From Hyalangium minutum (GTDB lineage: Bacteria; Myxococcota; Myxococcia; Myxococcales; Myxococcaceae), in the NCBI RefSeq assembly GCF_000737315.1, contig NZ_JMCB01000003.1, positions 20,001 to 268,000 on the forward strand: a stretch of 248,000 bases of DNA, given 5' to 3'. Numbering within the stretch: position 1 is the stretch's first letter; every line of letters starts with the position of its first letter. The translations under genes and the position numbers were made by a program. The notes under the pieces were generated by a model. That model ran no database searches and was not told where the DNA came from. It saw nothing but the letters and a program-made list of their open reading frames with translations. Shown here piece after piece: positions 240,101 through 246,231 of the stretch.

Positions 240101-242161
240101 TATGGCTGGGACGCAGGAGGGCGGCTCGCTTCGACCAAGCGGATCACCGCGCAGGAGACGGTCGAAGCCTCATATGCGTATGGCTTTGACGGACTGCGGC
240201 GGACTCGGACCGTGAACGGAGTGAGCACCCGGTATGTGTGGGGTGCGAACGAAGAGCTGCTCGAAGAAGGGCCGGCTGTGGGAAGTCGGCTGTTGTATGC
240301 CCAGGCAGGCTTCGGAGCGGTGGCGGCGGGAGGAGAGCGGCTGCTGCGGGATGCGCTGGGCAGTGTCGTGGGGCGCGTGGGTCCGTCCACGGAGCTGTCT
240401 CGCTATGGCGCGTGGGGCGCACTCCGGCAGGGAGCGCCGCCCCAGGGCATGGAACCGTCCCTGGCCTACGCGGGGCAATCTCTCGACAGCGAAACAGGGC
240501 TGAGCTACGCGCAGCAGCGTTGGTACAGCTCGGAGACCGGGCGTTTCCTCTCGGAGGATCCCCTGGGAGCGGCGGCGTACCTCTCGACCCCGACCGAGCT
240601 GAACCCCTGGCTCTATGCGAGGTCCAATCCCCTGACGTACCTGGATCCCTCGGGTTTGTGGTCCTGGTCTCAGGCTGGAGTGGGGCTGGCCAGAGCTGGC
240701 AGGAAAGCCTGGCATGAAACGGCCAATGCTTTCTCGTGGGCCGCTCGTCCTCTGAACGGCGCGTTCGGAGTGTCCTCGGGACACTACGACAAGAAGGGAC
240801 GATGGAGGCTTCGGGATACAGGCACCTTCAAAGAGGAGGCGAAGAAGCAGCTCAAGCAGATCAAGGAGGTCGCGGAGTACGTGAAGGACCACCCGGTGGA
240901 GACGGTGACTGGGCTGGTGGTGGAGCCGGCGAAGGCGATCGGTACCGGGATTGCGGCCTGTGTCGTCGGCGCGACGACGCAGGGCGTGGTGGGCGACGAG
241001 GCGAGCCGTGACTGTGGCGAGATGCTCCCGAAGGCGATCGGATCGGTAGCGGGCACTTTCTCCGGGGCAGGCGCGGCGATCCGGACCGCAGGACGCGTCC
241101 GGCGTGCCGCGGCAGATATGCGTACGGCCATGAGGAGGAGCGTCTCGGCCGCTGATGACATGGCCAGGACGAGGCTGGGCCCGCAGCGCGGATGGCCTGA
241201 CGAGGCCCCGAAGCCCGCGAGGGCCGGCGCCAATGACTGCGCGGGTGGGGTCTGCCAACGCCCAGGACAATGCTTCGTGGCGGGCACTCCCGTCCTGACC
241301 CAGGAAGGTCTCAAGCCCATTGAGCAGATTGTCGAAGGGGAACTGGTCTGGTCACGTAACGAGGAGACGGGCCAATCGGATTGGCGGCCCGTGGTGCGGA
241401 CGTTCGTGACGCCGGACCAGCCAGTGCTGAGACTGGAGCTGACGGACGAGGCCGGTCAGCGCACCGTGCTGGGAGTGACTGGGGAGCACCCGTTCTGGGT
241501 GAAAGACCTGGGATGGGTGGGAGCGTCGTCGCTGCTCCCCGGTCAGCAGGTGGCCAGCGCGCACGGAGGATGGCTCAAGGTGGGGGCCGCGACGTGGGAG
241601 CAGGCGCGCGCCACCGTCTTCAACTTCGAAGTGGAGGAATTCCACACCTACTTCGTGGGCGACGTCGGCGCGTGGGTCCACAACAGCTGTCAGCAGCCAT
241701 GGTTGTTCGCGGCGGGACAGGGGGATGTGTACACGCTCCTGGAGAAATTCAGGAAGACTCACACGTTAGGGAAAGCGGAGACCTTTGCGCTGGCAATGCT
241801 GGAGAGTGGTGAGCGTGCATTTGGAATCAACTCGGGTTTGTTCAAGGGCAGGGATTCCCGGATTCATGGCTTTGAAATGTTGAGGGAGCACGGGTTGCTG
241901 AAGAAAGCCACCATATACAGTCAGGAGCCCTTCCTGCTGCACGCAGAGGCTCTGGCGGTCATTCGTCTGTGGGAGCGGCTGCAGGGCAAAGACCTTTCAC
242001 TGATTCGGCTGTACGTCGACAACCCAACCTGCAAGCTGTGTCTGAGCGGCCTTCCCAGACTGCAAGTGGCGCTTGGGATCAAACGCTTGGAGATTTATGG
242101 CCCGGGAACCATTCACATCAGCAAGCCGTCTCTCCACCCCATTGACCTTCTCAAGAATTGA
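228113..242161 (+). CDS. Lipoprotein RHS polymorphic toxin: Ig repeats, DUF6531-like domain, YD repeats, RHS core, PT-HINT, deaminase-like tip (4,682 aa)
   Basis: Lipobox ATAC; YAGQ..ETGLSY..RWY..GRFLSEDP..NP..DPSGL; CFVAGT..HN; HAE..NPTCKLC. Confidence 0.9.
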   Translation: MIRRAPRWLWLVLGLVTLATACDRRSSEEPASAAPPAQAAQQAQALSGSTCDSVAPTGMAPGWKVAPIQAAGQNVASTIFPASVGERAILILQESAEALNQEFKTEASLNGVDWVAISRQRPLAARVVQLSASNRLELETNGGVARTSVAALSPLPCAAVEARVTHAGGSAATVETRTFTWPMGAGPALLVVESGSASQVTGRVVLGSLTVQVPAAGQLPVVEVVSPQASNTLRVEVGGSAGAWVRAVVVEPDMLPPIVSMGQPAEGAQLNASPVEVQGTAGAGAVAVKVGAVDAVLSQGQYTAQVPLVEGPNALVAEVRDQCGNVARVCRPVVLTTAPPTVVIEGVTDGQVSREPLHPTWTVTSSGPVTVEATLDGAPFVGGTAVTAEGSHELRVMVRDAAGREAQAQVGFAIDTTPPRLTLTGVEEGERRNTPAVLGFTVEEEHPGSVEATLDGAPMASGDTVSAEGAHVWTVAATDAAGNRSEVQRHFVVDVTAPTLEVLSPAPGSFTQAGSVEVVVAAADDGPVAGVWLGNAELTLGTDGKYRSLVVLEEGSNLLVLVARDAAGNSAQSSLAVTRDSTPPQLTLTTPAEGAKVAGDSVQVEGQAQDTTPLTVRVAGMTAAVAADGHFQLSVAVAQGPVSLEVVATDAAGNTARLVRGIRVNTTPPRLDLTAPASGTVTEESSIEVSGFARAADRTDTVRVEVAGTEHGVRADGSFSVQVPLEVGLNTVSVTAVDGYGLRTPRTVRVERQGPQGPGPGDGGSGDGSGGGTDGGSGEDTPDAGSGAPDAGSPGPVPDGGIPSEPPVLVLASPQENSLWGVERVSVLGRVEGGDLPLQVTVDGLPAAVTGRQFSASVALPEGSSMLHVRAVDALGRIAEVRRQVRVDQTPPFLEVTRPEQPSTTVSESPYLVEGLAGDAYLAGVTVNGAPVMVLAGHFSSSVALVAGDNTVEVEAVDLAGNRSRAVRTLRVEALPPQLTVLEPVDGSEATEPVVRVTVKVESSAPLDEVRIGTGIAANLGSGQYTAQVPLALGENVIPVSARDTLGMTGSATVRVRYRDPSTEPLTVTGVDPSDQATELEPDTLVNVAFNKAVKPASVRAGFTVSVEGQPLAGGWSVAHGAQIVSFIARDPLPEGATLQVRVAGVEPVQGPGMQGEFRSMFTVRRPLTRLRGQVVDARREPVSGVRVEVEGQGLFTRTGADGNWALFGVQPGQVVLRYEGGASSEGQVFPTVRRRFAVEAERDNEESTVVLTPVDAESAEPVDTSLPLHLTFGGRHGALEVDIPAGGLILEGGSTRGLVTLTQLPLHSLPVPTEGALRPVVVWQLQPAGTRLVRPVVLRLPNRLSAPPGSRAALFTYDPEAHRLHIAGLATLSADGTQLVSDGVLEAGSLEYFGYLPLPEESSVARAGAVSPRVANLGPLPRPPSDGLIRPLTQGFGLDPGSALAIWDSYQPFIAPAAVMGTVRGPREQAVALDLSSPSLGESRRVALDSQLRYRMPLSVQARSLYPLSSSGRDSLVLALEGVGPEGQRLGPPSGGSWRQESPQGQRAELSTQVELSLGTSSLWATGTTARGRNVLRLNAELSLADGGVPDGGATSGLLRVQRGDGGSAGGEDSEGLVRFAGMPVRVTDGWHEGGSISGPAGRYAASIIMLQSSWIPPASVLACVRLPIGWNVQSWVAWDGRVRTRKAPSTAEECSGPWEVLAWPSPIIPDIDVLVDVRWLHGNITFVDRQGEPLPPPCSDLVVRQGTEVTGLSQDAVRSTEVHFFREDNLSTPIVSYAVADPEQCDSYPGAPHGRYAKVRYGPSTLSRVASRRDSQRLLPGDRLVVFAVNHATGYSGMEVVTVPSVNQSSRAEDGSCPADDAAGGPMAVQDGSRTVSVSRCTLQDLGIEADLKLYPPEIDVRVERQSRAEGSSQEALEPSLVRHKGAATTRDNFVSVATHWRVRRQPARSWDPGVLPPVNSSCEGGSQAAGSTCAPQILLDEGPRGTWAEHYCGELPEPRTPEQQALCLKDDRELAEVPVGVPPLAGRVVRITGSAVEEPAVASFHVAPGRSTTTVQTALRRVERDGREVVLNNLTRAYYYVQVVGHPVLPRDRNSDGTLDPSEENAPPPDFEDDEDAPGIPEGVVTLKSVYRSVEPEGRIERYDRALEHEFRVMEVGSSRVTARTERGEERPLPQPGQPPSSAAASPEDVAYQFLLNLLEPEDPGRTGPPSSQYVLRLGTDSFGIECPIELNASAGTLRGTCEGEYLPEVLSAGDVLYLEVYLRGNAENVLYRFNFDGLSMREDYLGASSRFTAHRAVEQQNGKPVEDRPISRLNEAHFFLSPHELSSGRIRLCTNAECSGDGAVIKDATVLWTAAGSYAVSEQATGSAPGRLVQEVTSGAGNARHLRLGLPASVTAMPGIAAAGAGIFLVKDSESPPRARQVERLGTPKGRFQGLNAQAPGQEAVAGINVADLHLALTHTDFAVPQLAGEVSFSRTYANQNDLPSPMGVGWRHELDGFVLEESLGRYVVNLGGQAWGFIRCTTVDEEAQTASGCMTDKTHGMSLKVDSEGVQLTTEQGSVYRFNRPAVKRDQEGRRKWLLTKFHDGHGRGEQDGWTHLTYAEGTNRLTQAKRTPGELSLELKYCEDFSREDCDGVAPDAPGNLKFLARSEGFKLLKGVVLKNSQGQELHIVRFKHDRWGNLLEAERTTDPPTQKWKYTYAPIADDVPSMMAWRAINELSEARLEVAGHPQWVATYGRGGAECYAHLEAFECVSSVTQTGFMGNVLQVQGEAGHRQLKLPTGNSAEVSLNEYGNVTSSASEGQAARRLTWPSSQRGGEVRLEKSVSPSGRTLRYGTDHQLRLDEVKLEGSSDVVGLEAGALVSVLARDARGLPTSGKLSTANGPAEWSMPRSQSGDVLGLSLGGTQLFSRVTDEEGRITSERDALGNTTTFTFGALGLPVRIQVSSDSATSGLVRYTLVLEYDAYGRLIRRFNETTGEAESWRYDGQGNMLEHTLTGEPSERWTYTYTYGDQRLTVVERLEGTAYTRTALFEQGLLKSEQLSYGTGNASRAYEYEGGRLKKKTDELSVTWEYTYDSAGRLKVVKANGRTVESYGLDEDGILISTTDREGHTTQIGNDSLGRPVSWTYEDGYKEEVRRDAQGAIVWEKKMSPGADRAHVFAQEVDALGQVLSRRSAENGSGVEIVSTYDAAGRVRTREDRGRGLNESFEYGDVLGRLTRYQRTVASAAGSQNWIETRQYVDEGGRTELRILRQIDTGLGPRQENQVLVLDALGRVLKDQRLGAGVFEYTYDARGNVLERRHSVLGTTSYTYDGLGNLLSMTEPGGVTTTYTVDAAGRVLTQEGPHDQERWTFTYDLFDRPLTQVLAQAGSSPQAAWSFEYPGNGIVIETDPLSIATTRRFNSRELLLSEERGSQTAEYAYDGTWPRLHLISHEGSERKLTRSFDDLGRPLQQVEFWKQGDHSYTYSTTTAWTGRRGTRQERWEATDASVRTLTATIRVDGLGNLIEQEQGGLTDAWAYDAAGLLAREALAGRPEKRFFYEQDRLVRMENGSETTLYEYDAAGRQWKETDPSGRERTRVYNAQGLVASERFGAGETLESAYTYDRGGGLRTLTRGGAQWNFTHGPRGELQAVELPGGLGTFTYQYDALLQLKGVTPPEGGGAAAQTFAYDNWGRQLRRTRGSSVWSTAWQGGLSTTSDPNGDVVEQLYDGRGRVVRERFAPGNSSRPFHDLTAVTYAYDGLDQLLLAQESRISGAVSNVYDYDGRSRLISMRRGSEEISYTYTESGQKRTVTSPSGTLRYEYDAQDRVRRIESSQGPVVAVGWEPGGLLSEVSGNGVVERYAYWGHGLIRSIASQWDGPSAGTLRYEYGYDVRGNRLEERYTAPGATAFEVTQFGYDAADRLTGVRYPTGEAELYLLAADGSRLEEKHLQGYSGGLTPQALANATNATQHWRYAYDTAGGLQRIDDVLTGGVEAQVTTDAGGRVVAEMRGGTTRQYGWDAGGRLASTKRITAQETVEASYAYGFDGLRRTRTVNGVSTRYVWGANEELLEEGPAVGSRLLYAQAGFGAVAAGGERLLRDALGSVVGRVGPSTELSRYGAWGALRQGAPPQGMEPSLAYAGQSLDSETGLSYAQQRWYSSETGRFLSEDPLGAAAYLSTPTELNPWLYARSNPLTYLDPSGLWSWSQAGVGLARAGRKAWHETANAFSWAARPLNGAFGVSSGHYDKKGRWRLRDTGTFKEEAKKQLKQIKEVAEYVKDHPVETVTGLVVEPAKAIGTGIAACVVGATTQGVVGDEASRDCGEMLPKAIGSVAGTFSGAGAAIRTAGRVRRAAADMRTAMRRSVSAADDMARTRLGPQRGWPDEAPKPARAGANDCAGGVCQRPGQCFVAGTPVLTQEGLKPIEQIVEGELVWSRNEETGQSDWRPVVRTFVTPDQPVLRLELTDEAGQRTVLGVTGEHPFWVKDLGWVGASSLLPGQQVASAHGGWLKVGAATWEQARATVFNFEVEEFHTYFVGDVGAWVHNSCQQPWLFAAGQGDVYTLLEKFRKTHTLGKAETFALAMLESGERAFGINSGLFKGRDSRIHGFEMLREHGLLKKATIYSQEPFLLHAEALAVIRLWERLQGKDLSLIRLYVDNPTCKLCLSGLPRLQVALGIKRLEIYGPGTIHISKPSLHPIDLLKN

Positions 242162-242173
242162 CCCGGCATATAG

Positions 242174-243640
242174 CTATTGCGCCTGCGGATTCTGAGTCGT
242201 GGGCGGGCGCGCTCGTTCCCAAGCAGGGTCGTAGCACTCCTCCTGCCACTGGTAGGTATCGTCGCTGCATGGCGGTCTCTTGTCGGCCACGCGCACCCAG
242301 CAGCCGCCATGAATGATTTTCTCCCAGTCTCGCTTGCACGGGGGGCGGCGCTGGCCCGGGAGCGGTTGCTTGGGCATGTCCAGGGAGATGGATCTGGCCT
242401 CAGAGGGAATCGATTGAACTTCCATCCGAGTGGTGAGCGCATCGTCTCCCAATCCGCGGGTACCGGCATCTGGCTCCATGCCCGCATCCAGCGCTTCAGC
242501 ACGCGCCGTCTCAGACGGCTTTGCGCTCCACTCGGGAGCCATCCAGCAGGGCCCCACCACCGCCAGAGACATCGTGAGCAGCGCGAGGAGATTCCTCCAA
242601 GGGACGGGCCGAACTTGCTGCCTCGCCTGGAGAGTTCCTGCTTTGTGCTCAGTAGCTTTGGCTGGGGCCGTCTTCGCATCGACGGGCCTCGCGGGCCCGG
242701 CTTGAGTCTGTACCGCAGGCTTCACTGAAGCCCAGAGAGGAACATCCGCTGCGGAACCTAGATGCTCCGCCGAGGTTTCCGCTGCTTGTGCCAACTCACT
242801 TGCCGTCCCGCGAGCCTCAGGCTCCGCCGCGAGCAGCCGCTCCACCAGCGCCGAGAGCTCAGGCACCACTCGGGGGTTGAGTTCATGCGTGCATTGGCGT
242901 CGCGCAACTCCACCCTGGATTTGTTTCTTGAGGTCTTCAGGCTCCGTGCCAGGAGGGGGATAGATCCGAGTCAATAACCGGTACAGCGTCACGCCCAGCG
243001 CATAGAGATCGTCCGCCGGGGTGGCGTGGTAGCGCGCTCCCGGCGTGCTCCAGTGTTGCCACTCGAAGCGTAGCGCCTCGGGGCTGCGGTACTCAGGCGT
243101 GTTGGGAGGCAGCACCCGATGGGTGAGTGGGGGAGCGCCCTTCCACGTGCCCGAACCAAAATCCGTGAGCACCGCCCGGCCCTCGGGCTCCACAAGAATG
243201 TTGTCGCCCTTCAGGTCGCGGTGCAGGCATTCCCCGCGGTGCAACACCTCCAACCCCCATGCCAGCTGGGCCACCACCCGGAGCACTTCGCGGCTGGTGG
243301 GAGTGTGCATCCGCGCCCACTCGTACAGCCGCTGGCCCCGGATCCACTCCATCACCACATAGGGATGCCGGACTCCAGGCTCGGCCTCCCACCAACCTTG
243401 GTCGATGAGTCGAGGCACGGCCGGGTGGCGGGTGCGTCTGAGCAACTCCACCTCCCGTTCGAAGCGCGGGTCATGAGGGAACACCGCCATCTTCAGTGCC
243501 ACGGGCGGGGAGCCCGGGTCGTCGGCGCGCCGGGCGCGGAACACGGCGCCGTAGCTGCCCCGGCCGGCATAGCCCTCGATGCGCCAGGGGCCGACCAGAT
243601 CTCCGATGTTCAGCGAGTCAGGTGTCCTCGTGCCCGTCAT
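242174..243640 (-). CDS. Ser/Thr protein kinase with C-terminal Cys-rich module
   Basis: GRGSYG, HRDLKGDN, DFG; PGQRRPPC..GGCW..PPC; paralogue of 16660-18129. Confidence 0.9.
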   Translation of the reverse strand: MTGTRTPDSLNIGDLVGPWRIEGYAGRGSYGAVFRARRADDPGSPPVALKMAVFPHDPRFEREVELLRRTRHPAVPRLIDQGWWEAEPGVRHPYVVMEWIRGQRLYEWARMHTPTSREVLRVVAQLAWGLEVLHRGECLHRDLKGDNILVEPEGRAVLTDFGSGTWKGAPPLTHRVLPPNTPEYRSPEALRFEWQHWSTPGARYHATPADDLYALGVTLYRLLTRIYPPPGTEPEDLKKQIQGGVARRQCTHELNPRVVPELSALVERLLAAEPEARGTASELAQAAETSAEHLGSAADVPLWASVKPAVQTQAGPARPVDAKTAPAKATEHKAGTLQARQQVRPVPWRNLLALLTMSLAVVGPCWMAPEWSAKPSETARAEALDAGMEPDAGTRGLGDDALTTRMEVQSIPSEARSISLDMPKQPLPGQRRPPCKRDWEKIIHGGCWVRVADKRPPCSDDTYQWQEECYDPAWERARPPTTQNPQAQ

Positions 243641-243809
243641 GGCACCGGAGACTACCCAAGGGGTCGCTCGCCGTCATGCCGCTCTTTCAGGTAGGATGGC
243701 GGCGATGGAGAATCTCCCGAGAGAGACGGAGCGTCTCCGGCCGTGGACGGTTCACAGGCGTCTCGCTCTGGCAACCGCTTGGCTCGGGAGTTGCTTGAGG
243801 CCGGGCGGT

Positions 243810-244910
243810 ATGACGGGACTGCACGACCGATTCTTCCGCTACCTCTTCAACCACACCGCGCGCACCGAGGCTTTGCTGCGGCACAACCTGCCCGCGTTCC
243901 TCATGGCCGAGGTGGATTGGCCGTCGCTGCGGCGAGAGTCCGGCACGCTGGTCGACGGCGAGCGCGAGACTCGCAAGGACCTGCTCTTCTCCGCCCGCTG
244001 TCTCCAGTCCGCACCGGAGGAGCCTCCGCACTTCTTTCTCATCGAGCATCAATCCTCGGTGGACCCGTGGATGGCACTGCGGATGCACGACTACGCTTGG
244101 CGTCTCATCCAGCACTGGCGAGAGCAGCACCCCCAGAGCCGATGGATTCCCGAGGTGACGCCCCTGGTGGTGTACCCCCGGCAAGGTCGGACGTGGTCAG
244201 CGCCCCTGCGGCTGGGTGACCACTATCTGGTGCGAGCGCGCGCGGACAAAGAGGGGCTGCCTTGGATTTTGCGTTCTGGGTACTGGATGGACGCCGTCTC
244301 GAACGAGCAGGAGGCACGGGCTCACGGGGGACCACCGCTGGTTTCTCTGGGATTGCTGGTGCTCAGCTTCGCGGGTACGCGGCAATTGGCGAGGAGGTTG
244401 CCGCACTGGTGCGATCTGTTTGCCCAGGTGTACGCGACAGATGGTCCCCAAACGCTCTATCGCATGGTGCGCTATGTGCACCATCTGGGGGACGAGGAGG
244501 CCGTTGCGGCAATTCGGCGCGTGCTACATTCCATTATGGAGTCCACAAGGGCGGAGGCGTTCATGCGAACCATGGCAGAGGTGCTCAAAGAGCGGGGACG
244601 CCGCGAGGGGTGGATCGAGGGGAAGGCAGAAGGGAAGGCCGAGGGGAAGGCCGAGGGGAAGGCCGAGGGGAAGGCCGAGGGGAAGGCCGAGGGGAAGGCC
244701 GAGGGGAAGGCCGAGGGGCTCGCCGAGGGAGAGGCCAAGGGCTTGGTCAAGGCTCTCCTCCGCTTGTTAGCGGCACGAGGCCTACGTGTCGATGAGGCCT
244801 CCCAGGAGCGCATCCAGAATTGCGGCGATGTCGCCACACTGGAGCGCTGGCTCGACCGGGCTCTGAACGCTACGCGGCTCACCGACGTCCTGGACGGCCC
244901 CGCGCAGTAA
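243810..244910 (+). CDS. Rpn family recombination-promoting nuclease / putative transposase
   Basis: HDRFFRYLF, DLLF, LIEHQS..ALRM; C-terminal LERWLDRA. Confidence 0.88.
   Translation: MTGLHDRFFRYLFNHTARTEALLRHNLPAFLMAEVDWPSLRRESGTLVDGERETRKDLLFSARCLQSAPEEPPHFFLIEHQSSVDPWMALRMHDYAWRLIQHWREQHPQSRWIPEVTPLVVYPRQGRTWSAPLRLGDHYLVRARADKEGLPWILRSGYWMDAVSNEQEARAHGGPPLVSLGLLVLSFAGTRQLARRLPHWCDLFAQVYATDGPQTLYRMVRYVHHLGDEEAVAAIRRVLHSIMESTRAEAFMRTMAEVLKERGRREGWIEGKAEGKAEGKAEGKAEGKAEGKAEGKAEGKAEGLAEGEAKGLVKALLRLLAARGLRVDEASQERIQNCGDVATLERWLDRALNATRLTDVLDGPAQ
244620..244715 (+). repeat. 8 x 12-bp coding repeat (GKAE)
   Basis: ggg aag gcc gag tandem array. Confidence 0.92.
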
Positions 244911-244915
244911 TCGCG

Positions 244916-246163
244916 TCAGAACAGCGCGTGCTCCGCGAGGAGCACCGCCAGCCCCACGATGAAGCTCAACAGCGTCACTGGCACGCCCACGCGCAGGTAG
245001 TCCAGGAAGGACATCTTCACCTTGTCGCGCGCGGCCTCGAAGACGATCAGGTTCGCCACGCTGCCAATCAACGTCAGGTTGCCCGCCAGCGTGGAGCACA
245101 GCGCCAGCACGTGCCAGCCCAGCTCCGGGTCCTGCAGCGTCGGAACCCACGTGCGCGCCAGCATCACGAACGGCACGTTGCTGAACAGGTTCGACGCCAC
245201 CAGCGTCAGCGCCGCGAACCCCAGCGTCTCCCGCCACGGTGGCCCCGCCATCAACGGCGCGAACAGCGCCCGCAGCTCCTCCGTCCAGCCGTACTTGTTC
245301 ACCCCGTACACCACGATGAACAGGCTGGCGAAGAACACCAGCAGCACGAAGTCCACTCGCTCCATGATGGCCCGAGGCTCTCGGCGCGCCATGGCCATCA
245401 CCACCGCCGCTCCCGTCAGCGCGCTCCAGCTCATGGAGAAGCCCGCGAAGAAGGCCACCACCACCGCCGCCATCACCGCCACCGTCAGCACCATCAGCGG
245501 TCGATCCACCGGAGGCGGCTGCGGCTGCGGCTCGAAGCGCTTCGTGGGCAGCTCCTTGCGGAACAGGTACAGCAGCATTGCGATGACAATCCCCGTGGAC
245601 AGGATCGCCGGCAGCGCCATGTACGCGGCGAAGCTCGCGTAGGACAGCTTCGAGGCCCCCTGAATCAGCATGTTCTGCGGGTTGCCCGTGAACGTGGCCA
245701 CCGAGCCGCTGTTGGAGCCCATGCACACCGCCAGCAGGTACGGCACGGGCGGCAGGCGCGCGTCCTCCACCACCACCAGCACCAGCGGCGTCAGCATCAG
245801 GCACACGGTGTCATTCACCAGGAACGCGGACAGGAGCGCGCTGATCCCCGTCACCGCCGCCAGCAGCAGCCGGGGCGTGTGCGCCAGCCGCACCGTGTGG
245901 GCCCCCGCCGTCCGGAAGAACGCCGCCTGCGCCAGGTACGCCGCCAGCAGCATCATCCCCAGCAGCAGGACGATCGTGTCCAGATCCACCGCGTGCCGCG
246001 AGACGTCCTCGCTGTGGTTGAAGACCTCGGCGGGGGTGACGACGCCCAGGACCACCATGAGCACGGCACCCAGCAGGGCGCCGCCCGGCCGATCCAGCTT
246101 CAGGAACGGGAGGCGCGCCCCGGCAATGAACACATACGTCAGCAAGAAGATGGCGAGGGCCAC
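244916..246163 (-). CDS. ArsB/NhaD/CitM-type ion transporter
   Basis: LSAFLVNDT, TFTGNPQN, FSNVP, AGNLTLIGSVAN. Confidence 0.88.
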   Translation of the reverse strand: MALAIFLLTYVFIAGARLPFLKLDRPGGALLGAVLMVVLGVVTPAEVFNHSEDVSRHAVDLDTIVLLLGMMLLAAYLAQAAFFRTAGAHTVRLAHTPRLLLAAVTGISALLSAFLVNDTVCLMLTPLVLVVVEDARLPPVPYLLAVCMGSNSGSVATFTGNPQNMLIQGASKLSYASFAAYMALPAILSTGIVIAMLLYLFRKELPTKRFEPQPQPPPVDRPLMVLTVAVMAAVVVAFFAGFSMSWSALTGAAVVMAMARREPRAIMERVDFVLLVFFASLFIVVYGVNKYGWTEELRALFAPLMAGPPWRETLGFAALTLVASNLFSNVPFVMLARTWVPTLQDPELGWHVLALCSTLAGNLTLIGSVANLIVFEAARDKVKMSFLDYLRVGVPVTLLSFIVGLAVLLAEHALF

Positions 246164-246231
246164 GAAGCGCGGACAGTACCCCAGGTGCTTCTGCTACGCT
246201 GCAATCCTCACGCATCGCCTCAAGGGACATC

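Noticed and set aside
242177-242728. + strand 183-aa ORF as the RHS immunity gene
   Set aside because: It lies entirely antisense within the kinase gene, has no RBS-like signal and has shadow-type composition.
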